DNA of 64,000 nucleotides from an uncultured Candidatus Saccharibacteria bacterium (GTDB lineage Bacteria; Patescibacteriota; CAZHWT01): NCBI GenBank assembly GCA_964554805.1, contig CAZKPX010000001.1, positions 48,245 to 112,244 of the forward strand, read 5' to 3'. Shown piece by piece: positions 56,025 to 64,000 of this stretch (position 1 is its first letter; each line of letters starts with the position of its first letter). The notes under the pieces were generated by a model. It saw only the letters and a program-made list of their open reading frames with translations, ran no database searches and was not told where the DNA came from. The position numbers and the translations under genes were made by a program.

Positions 56025-56246
56025 ATGAAGGTTGCTTATATAAACCAATTTTTATTTGATGAGGCTCGATATGTTGTTCGTAATTTGGATAACAAGCCAG
56101 TTAATCTGGTAGTGAATTACAAAGCAAACAGCTATAGTATTGAAGCTAATGGCCTCGACGATCCCTCGTTTCTCCAGGAATTGTCTGATATTGCGGCTGA
56201 TTTGTTGCGGCGGAAACATGGGGTCAATATGGCTGAGAGGAGTTAA
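56025..56246 (+). CDS. Small hypothetical protein (73 aa).
   Basis: AAGGAG SD 7 nt before ATG 56025. The track ORF starts 2 codons earlier. Confidence 0.35.
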   Translation: MKVAYINQFLFDEARYVVRNLDNKPVNLVVNYKANSYSIEANGLDDPSFLQELSDIAADLLRRKHGVNMAERS

Positions 56247-56309
56247 CCGGTAGTCGAAAGGGTGGAAGATGCCGGACCCCCCCAGGTCCGGCATTTTTGC
56301 TGACTAGTC

Positions 56310-56909
56310 TTACAGATCTGAGCCATAGTCATTGCCTAGCAACTCATCGAGCTGTCGACTCATTTTCTCAATTTGGCCCAAAACTTGAAAGTAGTCGAGG
56401 GCTGTCCCCAGCTGCTGCTGGTCGATGACAAACCGCAGTTCGTGGTAGAGTTTGTCCAGGAAGTCGGTTAGCTCTTGCCACTGTTCCATGGATCCGTGGG
56501 TCAGGATGGGTTCCTTGCTCTCAATCATGGCCTGATATTCGAGAGCGGTGAGCATTGCGTGATAATTGTCCTCTTCTTGGTGCTCACCCGAAATAACCAT
56601 GTTTCTGAGGTAGATGAGACTGAGTTCTATCTCCTGCTGTAGGCGCTTGACCATGGCATGGGGATTTACGTCCAAGTTCTTGCTTCGAGCAAACCTCCAT
56701 ATTTTCTGCTGCTTACGGAAGCCAAGAAGCTGATGACGGCAATCATGGAGATCGATCATGAGCGATATCTGGAGTCGCGGACTTTGTTCGGGATCGAGGC
56801 GGCCGTCGATAGATTGGAATCGGTTATCGTAGTTATCCAACTCTTGCAAGATGACATGAGCTGGTTGGAGGGCCACGGTCTTGCGCTGTCTCGCCTGTTC
56901 GCCAGTCAC
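56310..56909 (-). CDS. Hypothetical helical protein.
   Basis: 199 aa with no recognisable domain, adjacent to the defence island. Confidence 0.4.
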   Translation of the reverse strand: MTGEQARQRKTVALQPAHVILQELDNYDNRFQSIDGRLDPEQSPRLQISLMIDLHDCRHQLLGFRKQQKIWRFARSKNLDVNPHAMVKRLQQEIELSLIYLRNMVISGEHQEEDNYHAMLTALEYQAMIESKEPILTHGSMEQWQELTDFLDKLYHELRFVIDQQQLGTALDYFQVLGQIEKMSRQLDELLGNDYGSDL

Positions 56910-57100
56910 GGCGCTTGCCTTTCACTCAAGACTTTTGCTCAAAAAACTAACCAACTCGTCAGTTATAGCAGATTACTGATAAAAGTTCCAACTGTTGAAG
57001 CTAATTTTGAAAATCGCCAGCCGTTTAACATTGCACTAGGCGTGAAAATGCCAGACTCCTCCAAGTCTGGCATATACATATGAGGGATAGAACCGACTTC

Positions 57101-57562
57101 TCAGTAGTCCAGGTCGCATTCCCCGCACTCTTGATCTTCGCCCCTGAGATCCTCGACATCGTCATAGAAGTCCTTGATCTCGTCGATGAATTCATCCCAG
57201 GCTTGAGCCAGGTACATGAGGCGACCTTCAGTGTACTCGACTACCAAGGCTACATCGTTGTTGTCTTTGCATACCCCGATGTAATGCAAGCTGTTGTCTT
57301 TGTCTTTGATTTTTTGGACATCGACGAAGGTGATGAAGCGATTGTTGATCGCATCACTTTTGGCTTGATCGGAGAGCTCTTGCTGATAGCTGGAACCGAA
57401 ATCAGATATCTGTCCTTTGCCAAGGTCGAACAAAGGATGACAGTAGACCTCTCCTTGGGCAACGCGGTAGATGGCTATCAACGCGCGGCCATCTGCATCA
57501 GTCAGTCTGGGCAATGGAAATAGCATGTCAATCTCGCCTTCCTTTTGCAGAGGTAGAAGCAC
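57101..57562 (-). CDS. Hypothetical protein with an acidic Cys-containing tail.
   Basis: 153 aa with a C-terminus of ...DDVEDLRGEDQECGECDLDY. Confidence 0.4.
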   Translation of the reverse strand: MLLPLQKEGEIDMLFPLPRLTDADGRALIAIYRVAQGEVYCHPLFDLGKGQISDFGSSYQQELSDQAKSDAINNRFITFVDVQKIKDKDNSLHYIGVCKDNNDVALVVEYTEGRLMYLAQAWDEFIDEIKDFYDDVEDLRGEDQECGECDLDY

Positions 57563-57639
57563 CTCGGGCCAGATTATAGGTAATTAGTTGTTCAAGGTCA
57601 AGTTAGCTTTTATAAGATTGCAAGAACCAATTAAGATAA

Positions 57640-57689
57640 CCAATTAAGATTTAATCCCACACGGCGGGCTGGGATTAAATCTTAATTGG
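57640..57689. repeat. Palindromic repeat family A, copy 1.
   Basis: ccaattAAGATTTAATCCCACACGGCGGGCTGGGATTAAATCTTaattgg, a perfect long inverted repeat. Confidence 0.75.
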
Positions 57690-57927
57690 CGTGCCATTGC
57701 TTGTCGCTCGTAGCAGGATTTGGGGTGGCGACTTTTGCTGATTGGGTTGGGTGGGTTGGGTGGGTTGGGGTTGATGTGGTGGTTGATGTTTAAGAAGCGA
57801 AGCAGTTAGCACTCTCTGGGTATATCTTGTGTTTAGTATCTGAGATGGAGAAGTTGAAAATAGCTAGCACACTAGGTAAGTAAGTCAGGTGTTCTGTGCT
57901 GCACGCCCGGAAGGGGTGAAAGGTGTT

Positions 57928-57978
57928 ACATACAAGATTTAATCCTGCACGGCGGGTTGGGATTAAATCTTGTATGTT
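57928..57978. repeat. Palindromic repeat family A, copy 2.
   Basis: acatacAAGATTTAATCCTGCACGGCGGGTTGGGATTAAATCTTgtatgt. Confidence 0.75.
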
Positions 57979-58023
57979 TATCTTGTATGTTTATGATGGC
58001 GAAGCTTATCCGTACCAGTATGT

Positions 58024-58344
58024 TTAGGGTTTTTCTTTGGTGGTTAATTGGCTATATAGGCTGAATAAATGCCCTACTCTCTCGGAGTCGTCAGTGAAGG
58101 GTTGGGGGCGGTAGAGTTTGTCGGTGGCTTTGTCTAGGGATTGGTGGGCTTTGAGGAGGTCGGGGGGCATGGCTAGTGGGTCGTAGAGGTCGGCTAGGGT
58201 GCTGTTTGGGTACTGAGATCGGGCGTCGAGGATGGCTTGAGCGAGTCGTTCGATATCTGATTTTTGGGTGTCGGTGGCGTCGGGCCAGATGAAGTTGTTG
58301 TAGACGATGTCTTTGGAGTAGCAACCTGCAAGATTTAATCCCAC
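58024..58344 (-). pseudogene. 3' remnant of a type IIG/MmeI-like N6-adenine DNA methyltransferase gene.
   Basis: It encodes ...NNFIWPDATDTQKSDIERLAQAILDARSQYPNSTLADLYDPLAMPPDLLKAHQSLDKATDKLY...ERVGHLFSLYSQL. This matches the conserved C-terminus of large DNA MTase/RM fusion enzymes as I recall it. The fragment is flanked by family A repeats. Confidence 0.45.
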
Positions 58345-58373
58345 ACGGCGGGCTGGGATTAAATCTTGTATGC
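58328..58373. repeat. Palindromic repeat family A, copy 3.
   Basis: gCAAGATTTAATCCCACACGGCGGGCTGGGATTAAATCTTGtatgc. Confidence 0.75.
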
Positions 58374-58409
58374 TTTGCTAGCAGGGTCAATTCATTACAT
58401 ACATTTAAC

Positions 58410-59681
58410 CTAGACGACCGTAAATCTGCCAGCTTCAAAGCTGAATGTTCCAGTCTTGGAGGCAACCCATTTTAGCCAGGATTCTATGGAGGCGGCTCTG
58501 CGGGGGATGGTGGAGCCGGAGAGGGTGGAATTGATAGTGATGATGGATTCGATGTCGTGGCGGCTGAGAGAGCCTTTGGACTGGAGGATGCTTATACACT
58601 GTTTGAATAGTTCGAATTCATTAACAGCTTTGGCGAAGAGGATATTTCGGTGTTCGGTGTCTAGAGAGACTAGAAGCTGACCGGCATCGGTAAGGCTGTA
58701 TTCGCGGCCATTGAATGAAACGAAACCTAACGCCTCAGCTGCTTCTCTATAGTAGCTGCTTTGACGAGGAGCAAAGTCAAAACTTTTGGCTATTTCAATA
58801 GCGCTGGTCACACCTTGACTAACTAGATAAATAAGGCGCTGCACTTTGTCGAGGTCGTTGGCTTGCGGAATGATATTTTTTTGTGCACCGATGATCAAAT
58901 TCTGGTCTGCAATATCGCTCAACTGGACTGTATTCTCTTCTCGAATAAGATATGAGTCGCATCCAATTAGACTGATTGAGTTATAGTCTGTGGGGTCTTC
59001 GAATCTATACTTCCAGAAGTTGTATGTTTCTTGACCTTGGTCATAGGTGAAGAAGATAGGCGATACCTGTTTATTAATATAATTGGTGGAAAATTTCTTG
59101 TAGGGGTAGTAGAGCTGACGAATAATAAAGTCCTGCGGCGTCTTTGATTTGGCTTCTAAAAGAACAATGCTATCCTGCCCCTCCAGGCCCAGATCCACTT
59201 CAATCTGGGCATTTTTTAGCTCAACCTGGTTATCGCTTACAGTAAACAGGTGCTCACCGCTCCCCTCTCGTCCGCGGATCATAGGGTAGAGCTTGCCACG
59301 ACCAATCACTTCCTCTATTAGACCAGCATTAGAGCAGTAGTCTAGATATTGCATTTCACTGGTATTGCGTCCGTTGGTGACCAGATTGAACTTAATCTGT
59401 GATACAAATTCTGTTGCTTGTTTTTGATTTGCCTCTAATCGGTGAAAGCCGTCACCACGAATGATGGTGTAGGTTGAGCGACTGACCGGCAGCAGGAAAT
59501 AGCCGTGGCGCTTCATGATAGGCGGCACATCTTCACTAGAGTCCATTTTGGCCATCAATCGCGGCTCGCAACCGCCTATTTCTTTTATCTGCTTGGCGGT
59601 AATGATGTGCTGATCTTGAGTTGCATCTAAATTAAGAGCCCCGAAAATCTTTTCCCAAGCATCAAATATCTTATTAGGCAT
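58410..59681 (-). CDS. Putative type II restriction endonuclease, partner of the adjacent MTase.
   Basis: It overlaps the MTase by 8 nt. A PD-(D/E)xK-like signature reads ...EVDLGLEGQDSIVLLEAKSK. The C-terminus is wHTH-like. Start set at ATG 59681 (MPNKIFDAW). Confidence 0.4.
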   Translation of the reverse strand: MPNKIFDAWEKIFGALNLDATQDQHIITAKQIKEIGGCEPRLMAKMDSSEDVPPIMKRHGYFLLPVSRSTYTIIRGDGFHRLEANQKQATEFVSQIKFNLVTNGRNTSEMQYLDYCSNAGLIEEVIGRGKLYPMIRGREGSGEHLFTVSDNQVELKNAQIEVDLGLEGQDSIVLLEAKSKTPQDFIIRQLYYPYKKFSTNYINKQVSPIFFTYDQGQETYNFWKYRFEDPTDYNSISLIGCDSYLIREENTVQLSDIADQNLIIGAQKNIIPQANDLDKVQRLIYLVSQGVTSAIEIAKSFDFAPRQSSYYREAAEALGFVSFNGREYSLTDAGQLLVSLDTEHRNILFAKAVNEFELFKQCISILQSKGSLSRHDIESIITINSTLSGSTIPRRAASIESWLKWVASKTGTFSFEAGRFTVV

Positions 59682-60528
59682 TGCTCTCCTCTGCTTGGAG
59701 GCGCTTGACCGACAGTTCAAGAAAGTTCTTATCCATATCAACACCAATAAATTGTCGTTTGTGTCGAGTGGCTGCAATACCAGTGGTTGAGCTACCAGTA
59801 AACGGATCGAGTATTAAGTCTCCAGGATTAGTTGAAGACTCTACGATTCGATCTAGCAACTCAATGGGTTTTTGGGTTGGATGTTTGCCAAAAAGTTTTT
59901 CTTGAGGGCGAGGGGTTGAAATTGACCAAACGCTTCTCATCTGCTTGCCTTCTTTTTTAATAGTATCCCGAAGATGATGGCTGCCATTCTTCATGGCTTG
60001 ATAGTTAAAGGTGTGTTTCGTTTTGTCGCCTTTACGAGCCCAGATTAAGGTTTCGTGGCTGGCAGTAAAATAACGACCACTTAAGTTGGGAGAGGCATTT
60101 GGCTTGAACCAAGCTATATCGTTGAGAATTTTCATGCCAAGCAACTGAACAGCATAGCCACACTGATAAATAGAATGGTATGTACCGCTTATCCATAGAG
60201 TTCCACTTGGCTTAAGAATACGATGACAGGCTTCTATCCATCTGATGTGAAACTCAAAATCAGCTGCCACACCCAATGATTTGTCCCATTGGCCTTTATT
60301 AACACTGACTCGACGGCCAGCATGAACAGTGAAACCATCATTTGATAGGTTATAGGGAGGGTCGGCGAAAACCATATCCACTGAACTTTCCGGCAACAAA
60401 GCCATTAGTTCTAAGGCATCGGCTTGGTATAAGGCTGCGTCATCAGATTTAAAAAATGGCTTCTGTTTAAGAATATTCGTCAGATTAATGAGCTGTTGAT
60501 TTGTAAAGTCTGGATTTTGATCGCCCAT
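59674..60528 (-). CDS. Beta-class N6-adenine/N4-cytosine DNA methyltransferase (DPPY).
   Basis: Motif IV VFADPPYNL lies near the N-terminus and motif I ILDPFTGSSTTG near the C-terminus. This is the N6_N4_Mtase order typical of the DpnA/M.MboIC/HinfI/CcrM group. Confidence 0.8.
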   Translation of the reverse strand: MGDQNPDFTNQQLINLTNILKQKPFFKSDDAALYQADALELMALLPESSVDMVFADPPYNLSNDGFTVHAGRRVSVNKGQWDKSLGVAADFEFHIRWIEACHRILKPSGTLWISGTYHSIYQCGYAVQLLGMKILNDIAWFKPNASPNLSGRYFTASHETLIWARKGDKTKHTFNYQAMKNGSHHLRDTIKKEGKQMRSVWSISTPRPQEKLFGKHPTQKPIELLDRIVESSTNPGDLILDPFTGSSTTGIAATRHKRQFIGVDMDKNFLELSVKRLQAEESNA

Positions 60529-60661
60529 TAGTATGGTGTTTGTTGATAAAAAGAGAATCGAAATTCCTACCGATATGCAATACCACCATACTAGAACTAT
60601 ACTTACTCGTCAACAATACTAATGCGTGTTTTGATCTCTTCTACATCTATTTAATCGAAGT

Positions 60662-61429
60662 ATGCAACTAGTCTTCGATAGAAATTTTGACAAGAATTAC
60701 AGCAGCCCTTCACAAAGAATACGGATACAGAGCGAGCGATGGGTTGACCAGTTTGTGTACTGTCCGAGCTGCGGCAATGTCGGCGTCGATCAGTACCCAA
60801 ACAATAAGCCAGTTGCTGACTTTGTTTGTACGGTGTGCTTGGAGGATTATGAGCTAAAAAGTAAGAGTGGCACTTTAGGGGCTAAGATTGTAGATGGTGC
60901 GTATAGCACAATGATTGATCGACTTCAGTCCCGTGATAATCCTAACTTTTTCTTCTTAACATATAATCTGAGCGACTACTCCATTCGCAATTTCTGTGTT
61001 ATTCCAAAGCATTTTATTGCACCCCATCTGATTGAAAAGCGGCAACCGCTTTCGCCAACCGCCAAAAGAGCAGGGTGGGTGGGTTGCAATATTCTGCTAA
61101 GTAGCATCCCCCAGTCTGGAAAAATATTTTATATACAGAATAGTGAAGTCATACCAAAGCAGATTGTTCTATCTGAATGGCAACGGACGCTCTGGCTTCG
61201 TCATGAGACTGAATTTTCGGCAAAGGGTTGGTTGCTAGATGTTATGAGGTGTATTGATAAAATCGGCCAGCGATCATTTAGCCTACAGCAGCTATACTCT
61301 TATGAGGGCGAGCTATCATTGCTCCACCCAGATAATAAGCATATTAGAGATAAACTCCGACAACAGTTACAGATTTTGCGCGATCGGGGATATCTAGAAT
61401 TCGTTTCACCTGGATATTACCGCTTATAG
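60662..61429 (+). CDS. DpnI-like (Dam-replacing family) methyl-directed restriction endonuclease.
   Basis: 255 aa. N-terminal PD-(D/E)xK with CxxC...CxxC (YCPSCGN..PVADFVCTVCLEDYELKSK). Other family-like motifs are NPNFFFLTY, PLSPTAKRAGWVGCNI and a C-terminal winged helix (LRQQLQILRDRGYLEF). Confidence 0.55.
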   Translation: MQLVFDRNFDKNYSSPSQRIRIQSERWVDQFVYCPSCGNVGVDQYPNNKPVADFVCTVCLEDYELKSKSGTLGAKIVDGAYSTMIDRLQSRDNPNFFFLTYNLSDYSIRNFCVIPKHFIAPHLIEKRQPLSPTAKRAGWVGCNILLSSIPQSGKIFYIQNSEVIPKQIVLSEWQRTLWLRHETEFSAKGWLLDVMRCIDKIGQRSFSLQQLYSYEGELSLLHPDNKHIRDKLRQQLQILRDRGYLEFVSPGYYRL

Positions 61430-61586
61430 TGGATTGGGATGGATAAGGTTAGTTTGTTAGTTGGTGTTTTAAAAACAGTAAAGCAAAGATCTTATTGCTT
61501 CGCGCCAGGATGACGGAGGGGTGAAATAGCGGAGATTCTTGGAAGTTGTGGGATTTTAGAGACGGGTGATTTTGAGATATTTAGAT

Positions 61587-61639
61587 ATGCGAACACCCCG
61601 GTTCGCATACACATAGATGTGTCGTGAACCGGGGTGGTG
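61587..61639. repeat. Palindromic repeat family B, copy 1.
   Basis: ATGCGAACACCCCGGTTCGCATACACATAGATGTGTCGTGAACCGGGGTGGTG, a set of nested inverted repeats. Confidence 0.75.
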
Positions 61640-61648
61640 GTTTGGAGT

Positions 61649-62257
61649 TTAGCCGAGGGAGGTTCGGCAGTAGCGCAGCGGGATGTAGCTGAAGCTGGTT
61701 CCCATCTGCGAACTGTCCTGGACATCCATCTGGTTGAACTCATAGGTGTATTGTGGATCGACCACCTGAAAACTCAGGCTGTTTGTCAGGGCGCTGTCGT
61801 TGATGACCTGGAACGATTTCCATTCCACCTGATAGGCATTGCCCTCTGGATCAACGCCGATGACGTTGTAGAAGGTAGCCGACCCCTGGAGGTAGATGGA
61901 ATTGGCTGCTAGGTCAATGCTTGCCCGACTTTCGAGCGAGACAAATCCTTCAACCAAGGTGAGCTCCTTGGTGACAAGTTTGCCATCGGCCACGCCGCAG
62001 TTGTGCTGGAAGGTTACCAGCAAAGGTTGTTCGGCGAGCTGGATAAGGCACTCGTTTTGGCCTGCAGGACAGGCGAAGGTCGCTGTTTCCAGCGATTGCG
62101 GAGACTCAGATGCTTGCTTCGCACCGACCACCGGCGAAATGCCGAGGATGGAGACGACGAAAATGAGCGCTAAAGTCCTAAAAGCTGTCTGTCTGTTCAA
62201 GGCGCACCCCTTTGGGCTACAGCCTAATTCTATCGTGGCACCCGCCAGACGAATCAA
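61649..62257 (-). CDS. Secreted hypothetical protein.
   Basis: Signal-peptide-like TLALIFVVSILGISPVVGA. It is flanked by family B repeats. Confidence 0.4.
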   Translation of the reverse strand: MIRLAGATIELGCSPKGCALNRQTAFRTLALIFVVSILGISPVVGAKQASESPQSLETATFACPAGQNECLIQLAEQPLLVTFQHNCGVADGKLVTKELTLVEGFVSLESRASIDLAANSIYLQGSATFYNVIGVDPEGNAYQVEWKSFQVINDSALTNSLSFQVVDPQYTYEFNQMDVQDSSQMGTSFSYIPLRYCRTSLG

Positions 62258-62376
62258 TGCTATATAGCTACTATTATATCATACTATAAGTCTTTTATCA
62301 AAAAATAACCTTGAGGAGGACGTTAAGGTTCAACCCCGTTTATCTTGATTGGAAGGCTACTTTACTGTTTTGGAAA

Positions 62377-62428
62377 TGCGAACACCCCGGTTCGCATACA
62401 CATAGATGTGTAGTGAACCGGGGTGGTG
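62377..62428. repeat. Palindromic repeat family B, copy 2.
   Basis: ATGCGAACACCCCGGTTCGCATACACATAGATGTGTAGTGAACCGGGGTGGTG. Confidence 0.75.
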
Positions 62429-62451
62429 TTGGTGTCTCTGTCGATTGCGGA

Positions 62452-62592
62452 TTAGGCGGGTGTTGGGGCCGCCTTCTTGACTGGTCTGGGTGGTGGGGCC
62501 TGGCTGGCCTTGATGACCTGCATTAGGCCGAGACCTGGCAGCTTGACGGGCGGATTGGCGATCCGAGAAGCGACTTGATGTTCAAACGTCAT
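62452..62592 (-). CDS. Questionable small Pro-rich ORF (46 aa).
   Basis: GGGAGA SD 5 nt before ATG 62592. It encodes MTFEHQVASRIANPPVKLPGLGLMQVIKASQAPPPRPVKKAAPTPA. Confidence 0.2.
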   Translation of the reverse strand: MTFEHQVASRIANPPVKLPGLGLMQVIKASQAPPPRPVKKAAPTPA

Positions 62593-62698
62593 GTTGTCTC
62601 CCTTCTGACGGCACTCAAGCTGAGTAAGATGACTATATCAGTCAATATGTGACTGCACAAGTCTAAGGAATTTATTTGGGTTTTATGTCTAGCTATTA

Positions 62699-62751
62699 CA
62701 TGCGAACACCCCGGTTCGCATACACGGGATGTGTAGCGAACCGGGGCGGTG
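62699..62751. repeat. Palindromic repeat family B, copy 3.
   Basis: cATGCGAACACCCCGGTTCGCATACACGGGATGTGTAGCGAACCGGGGCGGTG. Confidence 0.7.
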
Positions 62752-62773
62752 TGCTAACAAGAGGGCATGCTCT

Positions 62774-62862
62774 TACGCGCCGACTGGCGTGAGTCCGAGG
62801 ATGCTGGCAATCATGAAGATGATGGCCGAAAGCAAGGCAACGCGTGGAATTTTCTCTTTCAT
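62774..62862 (-). CDS. Candidate 29-aa hydrophobic peptide (MKEKIPRVALLSAIIFMIASILGLTPVGA).
   Basis: Strong SD GAGGTGGATC 4 nt before ATG 62862. It is a single TM helix. Confidence 0.3.
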
Positions 62863-63035
62863 GATCCACCTCATTTGAGGTAAGACATTATTCGTCCAAG
62901 CACCCGCCTGGCGAACTTTTGCCTAATATCTAATATTATACTATGCTATAGGCTCTCTGTCAAGTTAAACATATATATATCTGTCAACCATACTAATGAG
63001 TGGCCGTAGTACGGTGAGGTGGGTTTAATGGAGGT

Positions 63036-63311
63036 ATGCCTCCCCGAAATCTGGACAGTGTCCGAGAACGCCGAGTTGAAAAGAAGGACTTTGCCGCTAT
63101 ACTGGGGAAACATCTGCGTAAGCAACGAATTGCCAAAGAGATGAGTCAAGAGAATTTGTCTCTGGAATGCGGCTTCTACCGAACATATGTTAACAAAATT
63201 GAAACTGGTAATTATTCCCCGAGCGCTCATACCATTTGGCGACTAGCTCATGGGCTGGGGATGACGTTGAGTGAGTTTTTTGAGGGTTTTGATGAGCCAT
63301 CTGGCTACTGA
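63036..63311 (+). CDS. XRE-family (Cro/C1-type HTH) transcriptional regulator.
   Basis: HTH LRKQRIAKEMSQENLSLECGFYRTYVNKIETGNYSPSAHTIWRLAHGLGMTLSEFF. Direct repeats tctgtcaag/tctgtcaac occur upstream at 62960-62995. Confidence 0.7.
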   Translation: MPPRNLDSVRERRVEKKDFAAILGKHLRKQRIAKEMSQENLSLECGFYRTYVNKIETGNYSPSAHTIWRLAHGLGMTLSEFFEGFDEPSGY

Positions 63312-63338
63312 GCGAGGATATCTTACAAAGAGAGATAA

Positions 63339-63983
63339 TTAATTGCCGCTGAGGGAGAGAATAGGCCAAAGAAGATGATTTGGGCCGGTTATTGAATTGA
63401 CTATCAACTTTGCGGTAGCCATATCAACGGTATCAGCAGGAATGCTTATCCGTAGTGGATTTATCATTTGACCTCGATAAGAGACAACTGCGCTCCAGTA
63501 ATCTGCGGCGTCATCATTTTCGGCGATATACTCAAACCTGGCCGATGGTATGGAGACTAAAGCAATCGCCTGGGTCACATTTTTATCAATATAGTTCTGG
63601 AGGTCTTCGTTGCTACCAAGCGGCTGATGCCAGCCGCTCACTTCAAGTTTGACTACATCCTGCCCTTGGGCGTTTTTTATAGAGCCATAACTCAACTTAT
63701 GCTGGGCATCCTCTTCATTTATGCTAATACTATAATTGGGAGGATACTTAATGGTGTAATCAAAAGCCTTGCCCGCGTAGGTTTTCCAATCCAAATATAT
63801 ATCGACTGGAGGAGTTGGCTGACCGGTTTGCGTCTCAGTCTGAGTGGTAGCCTGCTGAGCAGTGGTTTGGCTGGTTGATTGCTGCCAGACATATACACCA
63901 GCACCAACCATGGCAATAAGAGCTACCACGACCAGCACTTCAACTAAGGTGAAGCCTTTATGAGAAGCGTAAGGACCATTCAT
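63339..63983 (-). CDS. Type IV pilin-like protein with a prepilin-type N-terminal cleavage/methylation domain.
   Basis: MNGPYASHKG|FTLVEVLVVVALIAMVGAG is a class III signal with G-1/F+1/E+5. Confidence 0.7.
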   Translation of the reverse strand: MNGPYASHKGFTLVEVLVVVALIAMVGAGVYVWQQSTSQTTAQQATTQTETQTGQPTPPVDIYLDWKTYAGKAFDYTIKYPPNYSISINEEDAQHKLSYGSIKNAQGQDVVKLEVSGWHQPLGSNEDLQNYIDKNVTQAIALVSIPSARFEYIAENDDAADYWSAVVSYRGQMINPLRISIPADTVDMATAKLIVNSITGPNHLLWPILSLSGN

Positions 63984-64000
63984 GTTGTGATGATAACATA

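Noticed and set aside
57640-58373. Possible CRISPR array formed by the three 38-bp family A repeats.
   Set aside because: The repeats are perfect palindromes with 250-400-bp irregular intervals. One interval encodes a recognisable methyltransferase C-terminus. There are no short uniform spacers.

Overview
The window looks like a small-genome Gram-positive-type bacterium, possibly Candidate Phyla Radiation / Saccharibacteria-like, at about 45-50% GC. This guess rests on an LPXTG sortase substrate, RNase Y with YmdB, a type IV prepilin, frequent leaderless or non-SD starts, and many small ORFans. Conserved genes form a backbone: gltX, an Asx-tRNA ligase, rel, recJ, secD/secF, comM, rnpB (RNase P RNA), a P-type ATPase, miaA, sppA, ymdB, rny, recX, hup, recA and tRNA-Pro(GGG). 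Accessory material is interleaved with this backbone:
- a fragmented LPXTG/LamG surface protein (one frameshift plus an in-frame TAA)
- a DUF4287 gene with an in-frame TAA at codon 12
- an overlapping wHTH–HEPN–MNT operon
- a cluster of regulated ORFans between gltX and the Asx-tRNA ligase
- a GIY-YIG gene plus an inverted-repeat element inserted between rny and ymdB
- a 6-7-nt tandem repeat between comM and rnpB
- a restriction-modification/defence island at about 57.6-62.8 kb

The defence island is the most interesting region. It combines a DpnI-like methyl-directed endonuclease, a beta-class (DPPY) DNA methyltransferase with a putative partner endonuclease, and the 3' remnant of a type IIG-like methyltransferase. 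All of these are bracketed by two families of long palindromic repeats. Several canonical promoters of the form TTGAC(A/G)-17-TA(T/G)AAT sit 6-7 nt upstream of an ATG, which implies leaderless mRNAs for gltX, rel and the 29565 gene. Two tiny intergenic ORFs carry a complete promoter, SD and terminator.
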